64,000 bases of DNA from Squalus acanthias (Eukaryota), in NCBI GenBank assembly GCA_030390025.1, contig CM059433.1, positions 8,062,001-8,126,000 of the forward strand. The letters run 5' to 3'. Within the stretch, counting starts at the first letter, position 1. Every line of letters starts with the position of its first letter. This document shows positions 35,131 through 47,229 of this stretch, in pieces. The notes under the pieces are model-generated. The model did not search any database. It was not told the DNA's origin and was given only the letters and a program-made list of their open reading frames with translations. The position numbers were made by a program, and so were the translations under genes.

Positions 35131-37950
35131 CTTATGATATAATTGGGATTACGGAGACATGGCTCCAGGGTGACCAAGGCTGGGAATTCAACATCCAGGG
35201 GTATTCAATATTCAGGAAGGACAGACAAAAAGGAAAAGGAGGTGGGGTAGCATTGCTGGTTAAAGAGGAGATTAACACAATAGTAAGGAAGGATATTAGC
35301 TCTGATGATGTGGAATCTGTATGGGTAGAGCTGAGAAATACCAAGGGGCAGAAAACGTTAGTGGGAGTTGTATACAGACCCGCAAACAGTAATGCTGAGG
35401 TTGGGGATGGCATTAAACGGGAAATTAGAGATGCGTGCAATAAGGGCACAGCAGTTATCATGGGTGACTTTAATCTACATATAGATTGGGCTAACCAAAT
35501 TAGTAACAATACTGTGGAGGAGGAATTCCTAGAGTGTATATGGGATGGTTTCCTGGACCAATATGTCGAGGAACCAACTAGAGATCAGGCCATCTTAGAC
35601 TGGGTATTATGAAATGAGAAAGGATTAATTAGCAATCTTGCTGTGCGAGGCCCCTTGGGGAGGAGCGATCATAATATGGTAGAATTCTTCATTAAGATGG
35701 AGAGTGAAGTAGTTGACTCAGAGACTAGGGTCCTGAATTTAAATAAAGGAAACTATGATGGTATGAGGCGCGAGTTGGCTAGGATGGATTGGGGAGCGTT
35801 ACTTAAAGGGTTGACGGTTGATAGGCAATGGCAAACATTCAAAGATCGCATGAATGAATTACAGAGATTGTTCATCCCAGTTTGGCATAAAAATAAAACA
35901 AAAAAGGTGACTCAACCGTGGCTAACAAAGGAAATTAGAGATAGCATAAGATCCAAGGAGAGGACATATAAATTGGCCAGAAAAAGCAGAAAACCTGAGG
36001 ATTCGGAGCAGTATAGGTTTCAGCAAAGGAGGACAAAGGGATTAATTAAGAGGGGGAAAATAGAATATGAGAGTAAGCTTGCAGAGAACATAAAAACTGA
36101 CTGTAAAAGCTTTTATAGATATGTGAAGAGAAAAAGATTGGTGAAGTCAAGCGTAGGTCCCTTGCAGTCAGAATCAGAGGGATTTATAATGGGGAACAAA
36201 GAAATGGCAGACCAATTAAATACATACTTTGGTTCTGTCTTCACAAAGCAGGACACAAATAAACTCCCAGAGATGTCGGGGAACATAGGGTCTAATGAGA
36301 GGGAGGAATTGAATGAAATCAGTATTTGTAGGGAAATGGTGTTCGGGAAATTGACGGGATTGAAGGCCGATAAATCCCCAGGGCCTGATAATCTACATCC
36401 TAGGGTACTTAAGGAAGTGGCCCTAGAAATAGTAGATGCATTGCTGGTCATCTTTCAAAATTCTATAGACTCTGGAACAGTTACCATGGATTGGAGGGTA
36501 GCTAATGTAACCCCACTATTTAAAAAAGGTGGTAGAGAAAAAACGGGGAATTATAGACCGGGAAGCCTGACATCGGTAGTGGGCAAAATGCTAGAGTCCA
36601 TTATAAAAGATGTAATAGCAGGGCACTTGGAAAACAGTGACAGGATCGGACAAAGTCAACACGGATTTACAAAAGGGAAATCATGCCTGACTAATCTACT
36701 GGAATTTTTGAGGATGTAACTGGTAGAATAGATAAGGGAGAACCAGTGGATGTGGTGTATTTGGACTTTCAGAAGGCTTTCGATAAGGTCCCGCATAAGA
36801 GATTAGCGTGCAAAGTTAAAGCACATTGGATTGGGGGTGAGGTACTGATTTGGACAGAGAACTGGTTGGCAGACAGGAAGCAAAGAGTTGGAATAAACGG
36901 GTCTTTTTCCGAGTGGCAGGCAGTGACTAGTGGGGTACCACAGGGATCGGTGCTAGGACCCCAGTTATTCACAATATATATTAATGATCTAGATGAGGGA
37001 ACTTGATGTAATATCTCCAAGTTTGCGGATGACACAAAGCTGGGTGGTCGTGTGTGTTGTGAGGAGGATGCAGAGAAACTCCAGTATAATTTGGACAAGT
37101 TGGGTGATTGGGCAGATGCATGGCAGATGCAGTATAATGTGGATAAATGCGAGGTTATCCACTTTGGTGGCAAAAACAGGAAGGCAGATTATTATCTGAA
37201 CGGCAATAGATTGGGAAAAGGGGAAGTGCAACGAGATCTGGGAGTCCTTGTGCACCAGTCGTTGAAGGTAAGCATGCAGGTGCAGCAGGCGGTTAAGAAG
37301 GCAAATGGTATGTTGGCCTTCATAGCGAGAGGATTCGAGTACAGGAGCAAGGATGTCTTGCTGCAGTTGTACAGGGCCTTGGTGAGACCACACCTTGAGT
37401 ATTGTGTGCAGTTTTGGTCGCCTTATCTGAGGAAGGATGTTCTTGCCATGGAGGGAGTGCAGCGAAGATTCACCAGACTGATACCTGGGATGGCAGGAAT
37501 GATGTATGAAGAGAGATTGGGACGATTGAGCTTGTATTCGCTAGAGTTTAGAAGAATGAGAGGGGATCTCATTGAAACTTATAAAATTCTAACAGGACTA
37601 GACAGACTAGATGCAGGAAGGATGTTCCCGACGGTGGGGGAGTCCAGAACCAGGGGTCACAGTCTAAGGATAAGGGGTAAGCCACTTAGGACTGAGATGA
37701 GGAGGAATTTCTTCACCCAGAGAGTGGTGAACCTGTGGAATTCTCTACCACAGAAGGCAGTTGAGGCCAATTCATTAAATATATTCAAGAAGGAGTTAGA
37801 TATATTTCTTAAGGCTAAAGGGATCAAGGGATATGGGGAGAAAGCAGGGACAGGGTACTGAATTTGGATGAGCAGCCATAATCTCATTAAATGGCGGAGC
37901 AGGCTCGAGGGGCCTACTCCTGCTCTTATCTTCTATGTTTCTATGTTTAT
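35131..37950 (+). mobile_element. Long CR1 ORF2 pseudogene (APE endonuclease plus RT), 5'-truncated
   Basis: IGITETW, VYRP, MGDFN, SDH (APE); [25 protein letters not shown] (RT); stop at about 35610 and frameshifts near 36710 and 37005. Confidence 0.95.
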
Positions 37951-37964
37951 GTTTCTGTTGTTGT

Positions 37965-38635
37965 TACCGCTTATTTCCACCTCTGTAACATCGCCCTTCT
38001 CCGCCCTTGCCTCAGCCCCTCCACTGCTGAAACCCTCATCCATGCCTTTGTTACCTCTAGACTTGACTATTCCAACGCACTCCTGGCTGGCCTCCCACAT
38101 TCTACCCTACGTAAACTTGAGGTCATCCAAAACTCGGCTGCCCGTGTTCTAACTCGCACCAAGTCCCGTTCACCCATCTCCCCTGTGCTCGCTGACCTAC
38201 ATTGGCTCCCGGTTAAACAGCGCCTCAATTTCAAAATTCTCATCCTTGTTTTCAAATCCCTCCATGGCCTCGCCCCTTCCTATCTCTGTAATCTCCTTCA
38301 GCCCCACAACCCCCGAAATATCTGCGCTCCTCTAATTCTGCCCTCTTGAGCATCCCTGATTATAATTGCTCAACCATTGGTGGCCGTGTCTTCTGTTGCC
38401 TAGGCCCTAAGCTCTGGAATTCCCTGCCTAAACCTCTCTGCCTCTCTACCTCTCTTTCCTCCTTTAAGACGCTCCTTAAAACCTACCTCTTTGACCAAGT
38501 TTTTAGTCACCTGCCCTAATTTCTCCTTATGTGGCTTGGTGTCAAATTATTTTTTATCTTATAATACTCCTGTGAAGCGCCTTGGGACATTTTACTTTGT
38601 TAAAGGCGCTATATAAATGCAAGTTGTTGTGGTTG
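37965..38635 (+). mobile_element. L2 LINE 3' portion
   Basis: AETLIHAFVTSRLDYSNALLAG...LHWLPVKQR peptide; (TTG)n tail. Confidence 0.92.
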
Positions 38636-39756
38636 TACATTATCACATCCCCATCTCACTAGCCACCCCTCACACTCACCCGCATCCTCGTCCAATCATA
38701 CCAACTAACAACACACAAGGGTAGGCACTTGGGTGTTTTATCCAATGTTCATGTAAAGTTTCTGTTAATGTGGTGTCAAACATTGAAACCTTTATTTTCA
38801 ACACTTTCTGTTCTTGGACAGATCTGTGTCCACCTTTGGAAGTGGCTTAGTGAGTTGCAGTGAATGGTGAGACATAACGGTACCCCCCCACAATGGTCAT
38901 GAGTGTGAAAGGAATGGCTTGGGCATTGTAGGAATGCTTTATGGGGTTGGTGTGGGGTGGTGTCAACCTGGCGCATCATCTGGCCGCCAGGGTGTACAGC
39001 GTCAAGTGAAGTAAATGTGGCCATGGTGAGGCCATCCCTGGCCTCCCGGGCGGCAATGTACTCGGGTGCTGATGCCTTGTGTCCTGTGCAGCATCAGTTG
39101 ATTGTGGAGAAGGTTGGTGTTGTTGTTGGTGCTGCTGGTGTGCCTGGTGATGTTGGTGTGCCTGGTGATGCTGGTGTTGGGGCTGATCGTGGTCGGATTC
39201 TGTGGACCAAGGTGAGAGAGTATAAAGGGCACCCATGTTGATGGAATAGATGGCAGGTGAGTAGAGATGACAGTAACGATCTGTCAATGATGAGAGAGTT
39301 CTTCCAATGAGGTGAGAGTGGATGGAGAGTGGAAAGTGGAAAGCCTGCAGAATCTGTGCTGGAAATGGACTGAGAAACAGCTTGTGGCTGAGGGAAGTGA
39401 TGATCTGTCAGGTGGGAGCTTTCAGTGTACATGTGAAGCTGTCAAGTAATCAGCTGGAGCAATGGCCACTGAACTCCCGCCTCAGGTTGACAGACGTGGT
39501 TCCAGTGGCCATGAAATTAAAGTTAAAAAGTAAGTTAAAAAAGCCTCCTAAGGGTCTGTTAAGTACATTATAACGAGGTTAATTGGGTCGCCCGCTGCTG
39601 CCTGTCAGGCCTGCTGAGCGCTGACAGACCCAACATTGGGAAAGGCGCGTGGCGGCGGGTTGACAGTGGGGTCCCGACCTGCTGTCAAAGAAAAAACACT
39701 TTCCCACCCGACCCGCCACCGAACTCGCCCGCTGACACCCCAGATAATTCTGGCCC

Positions 39757-39903
39757 ATGTCTTTGACCAAGGTTTTGGTCAATTGTCCTAATATCTCCTC
39801 ATGTGGCTCGGTGTCAAATGTTGTTTGATCATCGCTCCTGTGAAGCGCCCTGGGACGTTTTACTATGTTAAAGGCGCTATATAAATACAAGTTGTTGTTG
39901 TTA
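39757..39903 (+). mobile_element. L2 3' tail
   Basis: CTTTGACCAAGG...GGCGCTATATAAATACAAG(TTG)n. Confidence 0.8.
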
Positions 39904-40104
39904 TGTTCCCATGAGGTCCAGTTACCCTCCTATGCCACTCCAAAATAGCTATTACTCGCGTGTGACCCTTAACATTGAGTGGCAGCAGGCAATTTGACCA
40001 CGGAGAAATCCAGCCAAGCCCCACTCCCTCCATCATTTGACTTCCACATACATAGGGTTCTTTAGATAATGATCAGGTACAAGGTCTTGGCCAATTGTCC
40101 CCTC

Positions 40105-40510
40105 CAGGGACTCGAGCACATAAAGCTAGGCTGACACTCCAGTGCAGTGCGGAGGGAGTGCTGCACTGTCGGAGGTGCCGTCTTTTGGATGAGACGTTAA
40201 ACCGAGGCCCTGTCTGCCCTCTCGGGTGGATGTAAAAGATCCCCATGGGCACTATTTCGAAGAAGAGCAGGGGAGTTATCCCCTGTGCCCTGGGGCAAAT
40301 ATTTATCCCTCAACCAACATAACAAAAACAGATTATCTGGGTCATTATCACATTGCTGTTTGTGGGAGCTTGCTGTGCACATTTGGCTGCCGCGTTTCCC
40401 ACATTACAACAGTGACTACACTTCAAAAGTATTTCATTGGCTGTAAAGCGCTTTGAGATGTCTGGTGGTCGTGAAAGGCGCTATATAAATGCAAGTCTTT
40501 CTTTCCTTTT
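40105..40510 (+). mobile_element. DeuSINE (SacSINE1-like)
   Basis: Deu domain and tail. Confidence 0.88.
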
Positions 40511-40526
40511 CTCAGAATTACTGAGG

Positions 40527-41240
40527 CCAGTCACTGAAAGCAAACATGCAGGTGCAGCAAGCAGTTAGGAAGCAAATGGTATGTTGGCCTTCATTGCAAG
40601 AGGATTTGAGTACAGGAGCAAGGATGTCTTACTACAGTTATACAGGGCCTTGGTGAGACCACACCTGGAGTACTGTGTGCAGTTTTGGTCTCCTTACCTA
40701 AGAAAGGATATACTTGCCACAGAGGGAGTGCAGCGAAGGTTCACCAGACTGATTCCTGGGATGGCAGGACTGTCGTATGAGGAGAGATTGGGTCAACTAG
40801 GTCTGTATTCACTAGAGTTTAGAAGAATGAGAGGGGATCTCATTGAAACGTATAAAATTCTGACAGGGCTAGACAGACTGGATGCAGGGAGGATGTTTCC
40901 CCCGGCTGGGGGGGGGGGTCTAGAACGAGGGGTCACAGTCTCAGGATATGGGGTAGGACATTTAGGACTGAGATGAGGAGAAATTTCTTCACTCAGAGGG
41001 TGGTGAACCTGTGGAATTCTCTACCACAGAAGGCTGTGGAGGCCCAGTCACTGAATATATTTAAGAAGGAGATAGATAGATTTCTAGACACAAAAGGTGT
41101 CAAGGGGTATGGGGAGAGAGCGGGAATATGGTATTGAGATAGAGGATCAGCCATGATCATATTGAATGGCGGAGCAGGCTCGAAGGGCCGAATGGCCGAC
41201 TCCTGCTCCTATTTTTCTATGTTTCTATATTTCTATGTTA
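40527..41240 (+). mobile_element. CR1 3' portion
   Basis: ORF 40581-40976; near-identical to 13230-13940. Confidence 0.95.
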
Positions 41241-41909
41241 TAGTGTGCCTACCATAGTCACAGCTGAGATCTGCCAACTCAGCACGGACTGTGATCAAAC
41301 CTGTGATGATTCTAGTCCATTTCTTTCATTTACCCATGCCCGTAACCAGCGGAGCCACACAGATGTCATCTTAATGTTCATTTGGTCACAAAGTACATCT
41401 GGAGAACTCAATTATGATTGCATTACCTGGTTTGACAACTGATATTGTTGTGGTATTCAAGTCTTCCTAGGTTTTTTTTCTCCAGTGTTTGCCTACTCCC
41501 AGAGTTAGTATGTTAGAGGTCGGGAACGTGTGTGCAAGGTCACTTGTGGAAAGGGTGATCACTGGCAGTCGTTCCTCGTCCTTCAGTTCCTGTGTCCCTC
41601 TGTCTGTTTTAGATACTTTCCAGATTTTTTTTTCCCACGATAATGGGGAATCGTCCTGAGCAATCATTCCGGAGGCACCCGAGCGGAGTTCTGACGCTCC
41701 CCGGAAGGGAAAACGGCAATCTGGAGGGATAGTCATCCTTGCGGCCGTTCCTGGCAGCATTGGTGGAGACCTGGAATCAGTTTGCAGCTTCCGCCTTTGC
41801 AGCTGTGAGTCGGGGCCCAAGGAGAACAGAAGGGACAGATACGGGGGGTGGGGGGGAAATGACAGTGTCTACATCTTACAAAACAAATGCAGAAAACATT
41901 CCTGCTGTA

Positions 41910-42378
41910 AAAGAAAGACTTGCATTTATATAGCGCCTTTCACAACCACCAGACATCTCAAAGCGCTTTACAGCCAATGAAGTACTATTGAAGTGGAGTC
42001 ACTGTTGTAATGTGGGAAACGCAACAGCCAATTTGCGCACAGCAAGCTCCCACAAACAGCAATGTGATAATGACCAGGTAATCTGTTCTTGTTATGTTGG
42101 TTGAGGGGTAGGTATTGGCCAGGACACCGGGGATGACTCCCCTGCTCTTCTTTGAAATAGTGCCCATGGGGATCTTTTACGTCCACCTGAGAGAGCAGAC
42201 GGGGCCTCGGTTTAACGTCTCATCCGAAAGATGGCACCTCTGACAGTGCAGCACTCCCTCAGCACTGCACTGGAGTGTCAGCCTAGCTTTATGTGCACAA
42301 GTCCCTGGAGTGGGACTCGAACCCACAACCTTCTGACTCAGAGGCCAGTGCGCTACCCACTGAGCCACGGCTGACACA
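41910..42378 (-). mobile_element. DeuSINE (SacSINE1-like), full length
   Basis: Complete head with GTGGCTCAGTGGG and GGTTCGAGTCCC boxes. Confidence 0.9.
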
Positions 42379-43413
42379 TAATTTCTGTGCGGCTTTGAAA
42401 GACGGCACTATAACAGAGGTACTGTGTATGTGTCATGTTGCTTTCTTTATTTAATTGTGTGTAAAATGTAATGACCTCTTAGAACAATTCAGGAATTTTA
42501 AGACCAGCAGAAATAAAATATAAAGTATTGTTGAAAAATTTATACATGACTGTCAGTACCAAAGGACTCACTCCTGTTCAGCTCAAATACACGTGACACT
42601 GAAGTGCAAGTTATATACACAGCTGAGTTGCTTTATTTCTCTGTGACTTTTTGTGACTTCTAACCAACGGACAAAGATGCTAAGGAAGAAATCAGCTGTT
42701 CTTTAATTGTAGAGAGGCATAATCACAATGTAGCAAACCCATTATTACTGGTGTTTGCTTGCAGTTCACGCAGAGGGCACCGAAATATAGAAAAGCCTCC
42801 TCTGTGTAGCCGTTTATCTAGATACACAATGGAAATAGCTTCTTCCTACATGTGAACGTGTTGCCACAGCTAGTTCCTTTTTTTTGTGAATCACAATGGG
42901 AAACAGATGCTTGTTGATTAGCAGTTTCTTTAGTAATAACAGAGTTTCACTGCTGCAGTGACAAAACTCTGAGACAGGGAGCGCCCGTTTCCCACATTCC
43001 CCGCCTGACCATCCATCATGTCAGGGGCCCGCTTGCTTTACACACAGCGCTGGAAAGTAAACAAGATGGCACTGCTGCCTTCAGGGGTGCTGAGGACCAC
43101 CGACACTGACACCTTCAGAGGCAGCAGCACCCCCCCCTGCCCCCCACCCACCCTCCAACCCCATACCACCCCTGGCCACCAGAGAGAGACGCCACCATTT
43201 TGTTTGGCCACTGCTGGGCTGATTGCCCTGCTGGCCGACACAGGCCGGTGGCACTTTCCTGCTCACTCATTTATATGGACACTCCTTGGCTGAACCAAGG
43301 CGGCAAATCAAGATTTTCAAACAACCGCACAAGCAGAAGTCCCACTTTTTCGGGCAGCGGCTGTTGCTGATGATTCTGACGTTTCCATTTACACCTCCTC
43401 TGGACCCATCTTT

Positions 43414-43905
43414 TAGAATCATAGAAAAATTACGACACAGAAGGAGGCCATTTGGCCCATCGTGTCTGTGCCGGTCGGAAAAGAGCTATCCACCCTAATC
43501 CCACTTTCCAACTCTTGGTCCGTAGCCCTGTAGGTTACGGCACTTCAAGTGCATATCCAAGTACTTTTTAAATGTGATGAGGGTTTCTGCCTCTACCACC
43601 CTTTCAGGTAGTGAGTTCCAGACCCCCATCATCTCTCCTCTAATCCTTCTACCAACTACTTTAAAGCTATGCCCCCTGGTTATTGACCTCTCTGCTAAGG
43701 GAAATAGGTCCTTCCTATTCACTCTATCTAGGCCCCTCATAATTTTATTCACCTCAATTAAATCTCCCCTCAGCCTCCTCTGTTCCAAGGAAAACAACCC
43801 CAGCCTATCCAATCTTTCCTCATAGCTAAAGTTTTCCAGTCCTGACAACATCCTCGTAAATCTCCTCTGCACCCTCTCCAGTGCAATCACATCCTTCCTG
43901 TAATG
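43414..43905 (-). mobile_element. CR1 3' portion
   Basis: ORF 43495-43890(-). Confidence 0.92.
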
Positions 43906-44099
43906 TGTAATTATGTTATGTTTTGTTTCTTAACTTGTCCCATTACCATCTCCTTTTGCCTTGCACCATCATCCCCTTTGTCTCTTAATCTCTCCTGCCT
44001 TCCATCCTATCACAGACCTTCCCTTTTGTTTTTTCCTCCCCGCCCCCTTTCCCTGCCCCTACACTTGCTTAAAAACCTGTCCCATCTCCAACTTTTTCC

Positions 44100-44136
44100 A
44101 GTTCTGACGAAAGGTCATCGACCTGAAACGTTAACT
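44100..44136 (+). ncRNA. Minimal type I hammerhead ribozyme (Penelope family B)
   Basis: AGUU-CUGACGA-A-AGGUC/GACCU-GAAA-CG-UU-AACU; stem I AGUU/AACU; palindromic stem III AACGUU. Confidence 0.85.
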
Positions 44137-44653
44137 CTGTTTCTCTCTCCACAGATGCTGCCTGACCTGCTGAGTATTTCCAGCATTTTCTGTTTTTATT
44201 TCAGATTTCCAGCATCCGCAGTATTTTGCTTTTGTGGAAGTTTAATCTGTTGCTGTGATATCTGCCCCACTCTGGATGGGTTCCAGAGCACTGAGTGGCC
44301 CAGCATATAGAGCGACTGCGACTTCAGGTGGTTCTGTAAGACAAACCTGACAGACGCACTACTTCTCCATCCTTCCCCAGTCAGTTAAACGGGAGGTGAC
44401 ACCTTGCCAAGGATTTTTGGTGGCAGGCTCAATTTTTGGAACATTCCTCTTGAAAATTTCTGCTGCACTGTTGCCAGGATCACAAGATCACACCAGATAA
44501 TTACAATGAAGGAGACTCTTTGGCCCATCTTTATTCGCCCATCCTAATGTGCATCCATTCCGGCATCAAATTGTTTCTTCAATGATTCCAGGGTTTTTGC
44601 GTCCACTACTGTTTAGTCCATTCCATGTATTGATCACTGTGTTATGTGAAGAA

Positions 44654-44864
44654 TGATGCGGAGATGCCGGTGTTGGACTGGGGTGGACAAAAGTGAGAAG
44701 TCGCACAACACCAAGTTATAGTCCAACAGTTTTATTTGAAATCACAAGCTTTCGGAGCGCTGCTCCTTCGTCAGGTGAAGTGACGAAGGAGCAGCCGCTC
44801 CGAAAGCTTGTGATTTCAAATAAAACTGTTGGACTATAACCTGGTGTTGTGCGACTTCTCACTT
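44654..44864 (-). mobile_element. Penelope family A pseudo-LTR insertion with an inverted duplication
   Basis: Arms 44691-44773 and 44781-44864 are reverse complements with a 7-nt loop; TSD ATGTGAAGAA (44644-53, 44865-74). Confidence 0.9.
44742..44778 (-). ncRNA. Minimal type I hammerhead ribozyme (family A), minus strand
   Basis: Reverse complement is identical to 10241-10277. Confidence 0.85.
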
Positions 44865-44887
44865 ATGTGAAGAAGACCTTCCTATTC

Positions 44888-45430
44888 TACTGTGTGCACC
44901 GTTCTGGTCTCCATATTATAAAAAGGATATAGAGGCACTGGAGAAGATGCAAAAAAGATTTACAAGAATGATACCAGAACTGAGAGGATCTACCGATCAG
45001 GAAAGATTGAACAGGCTGGGTCTCCTTTCTCTAGAAAAGATAAGGTTGAGGGGTGACCTGATTGAGGTCTTTAAGATTACAAAAGGGTTTGCCAGGGTAG
45101 ACGTAGAGAAGGTGTTTCCACTTGTGGGGGAGCCCAAAAGTAGGGGCCATAAATATAAGACAGTCACCAATAAATGCAATCGGGAATTCAGGAGAAACTT
45201 CTTTACTTAGAGAGTGTTTAGAATGTGGAACTCGCTACCACAAGGAGTAGTTGAGGCAAATAGCATAGATGCATTTAAGGGGAAGCTAGATAAACATGTG
45301 AGGGAGAAAGGAATAGAAGGATATGCTGATAGGGTGAGATGAAGAGGGGTGGGAGGAGGCTCGTGTGGAGCATAAACACCGGCACGGACCAGTTGGGCCG
45401 AATGGCCTGTTTCTGTGCTGTATGTTCGAT
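44888..45430 (+). mobile_element. CR1 3' portion
   Basis: ORF 44947-45210 and 3'UTR. Confidence 0.9.
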
Positions 45431-45996
45431 GTAGAATTTCTTTTTACTAATTTTAACCTGTGTCTACTTTCGCAATTACATTTCAAATAATTTTCCAGCT
45501 TTAGCTTTTCCATTTGATTTGCTGTCTGATGTACCTCGAGAAGTCCATCACTCAGATGTTTCCTTTCAAATCTCCGATTTCTCCAACCTGTCCTCATCAC
45601 TCAGACCTCGGACACGAGGGATCAGTCTTGTGGTACTCCGCTGCACAACTACAGCGGTTGAGTGCCCAGGGTTTCCAATAATCCACTTCTGGAGCAAACA
45701 TCAGCTTTCCCAGCCCCGAACTTTTGATGCATGCGGTCACTAGGTTTCAGTTTTCACAGGAAAACAATCTGAATTGTAGAACCTGATGCCAAAACAGCAA
45801 TAAAAATCTTGGAATCAGTCACCTTGAATCAGTGGTCTTGGTCATAAGCCTTTCTTCAGGGTTGGTGTTTTTTGAGTTGCCCCCTTTTTTGAGGACTGTG
45901 TCAGCTTTTGCTGAAGCTGTTCCTCACCTTGTCCTGTGTCTCAGTGACCAAGACAGGGCACACTACTTAAGGTGCGGTCTGACCAGAACACTCTAG

Positions 45997-47212
45997 AAAG
46001 AAAGAACTTTCATTTATATAGCATTGTTCACAACCTCAGGACGCTCCAATGTGTTTTACAGCCAATGAAGTACTTTTGAAGTGGAGTCACTGGCCCGAAA
46101 ATTAGACCTAATATGGGAGATTACGCACTGTGTACTCTCGCGTATTAGGTCCCGAAGTGCCGGTTTCCTGCATGCACTGTGCATGCGCGGGAAACCGGCA
46201 CTTCGGGTATTGCGAAGGGGGCGGTTCCTAAGTGAACCGCGTGTGTGCTACAGGTTGTGCGCACGCAGCGCACTTAGTTTTTTTTTTCAGGTTTGAACGC
46301 GCAGGTAAGTGTTGAAGATTTTACACATAAAGAAAGGAGGCGTAAGACCCCCTTTTAACAAGGTAAGTAGTTAATTAAGTATTATTTTAAATTTTTTTCA
46401 ACAGGTTTATCTTTTTTAGAGACTTTAAAGAAAGGTAAGTTTATTTTTATAACTTTTAAAAAGAATTAAAATTTTTAAAAAAATTTAAATTTTTGTTTAA
46501 AGTGGTTAATTTATTTAACTATAGTTATTTTATTAACGTGATGGCTTTTTTTAAAATTTAATTGAGGTTTAGCTGTTCTTTTGGGGGCTTGTTGTATTCA
46601 TAGTTTTGACAGCTCTTCCTGTCAAAACTATGAATGAAAGATGGTGTGCTGCCATTGGCTCTAACTGGCCCACGTGATCCCAGAGGTCGCATCGAATTAA
46701 CTGCGCCTCTGGGACACGCACACACTGCGCGCCGGCACCAGGGAGAGGCCCAGGAACTGAAGTTTGTGTGGGCCAAAACCATAAAGGTAGGCGCGGAGTG
46801 CGATATCGCGGGGGATCCTTACCCCCGCGGCAACCATCGAACTCCAATTTCTGGGCCATTGTTGTAATGTAGGAAACATAGCAGCCAATTTGCACACAGC
46901 AAACTCCCACAAACAGCAATGAGATGATGACCAGATAATCCGTTTTACTGAAGTTGGTTGAGGGATAAATATTAGCCATGACACTGGGGAGAACGCTTCT
47001 GATTGTCTTCAAAATAGTGCCGTGGGATCATTTACATCCACCTGAGAGAGCAGAGGGTGCCTCGGTTTAACGTCTCATCTGAAAGACGACAGCTCTGACA
47101 GTGCGGCACTCCCTCAGCACTGCACTGGAGTGTCAGCCTCGATTTTACGCCCAAGTCGCTGGAGTCGGACTTGAACCCACAACCTCCTGACTGAGAGCGG
47201 CTGAGCCATGGC
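45997..47212 (-). mobile_element. DeuSINE split by the MITE at 46092-46857
   Basis: GAAGTGGAGTCACT | GTTGTAATGTAGGAAAC continuity across the MITE. Confidence 0.85.
46092..46857. mobile_element. Harbinger-type MITE family 1, copy b
   Basis: TIR GGCCCGAAAATT / AATTTCTGGGCC; flanks ACT/ATT. Confidence 0.85.
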
Positions 47213-47229
47213 TGATAAGGATATAGAAT

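Larger units (their letters stand above)
34808..39756. mobile_element. PIF/Harbinger deletion derivative with Myb-protein and transposase remnants, interrupted by CR1 and L2
   Basis: Ends homologous to 11101/12952; + strand QRCTAAPRLSHDSLHML (35083-35133); - strand MGAL..Q/H-rich start (39236) joined to an IAAREARDGL C-terminal-like motif (about 39055-39025). Confidence 0.65.
43385..44235 (+). mobile_element. Penelope family B element split by a CR1 (43414-43905, -)
   Basis: CCATTTACACCTCCTCTGGACCCATCTTT resumes as TTTTGTTTCTTAACTTGTCCC at about 43920. Confidence 0.8.

Noticed and set aside
35253..37861. Potentially active reverse transcriptase gene
   Set aside because: 5'-truncated, with an in-frame stop at about 35610 and frameshifts near 36710 and 37005: a dead CR1 copy.
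41613..41804. Possible 192-nt exon (TTTTAG acceptor, GTGAGT donor)
   Set aside because: All three + frames contain stops and the minus ORF 41467-41820 resembles no known protein; at most a non-coding exon, unsupported without RNA data.
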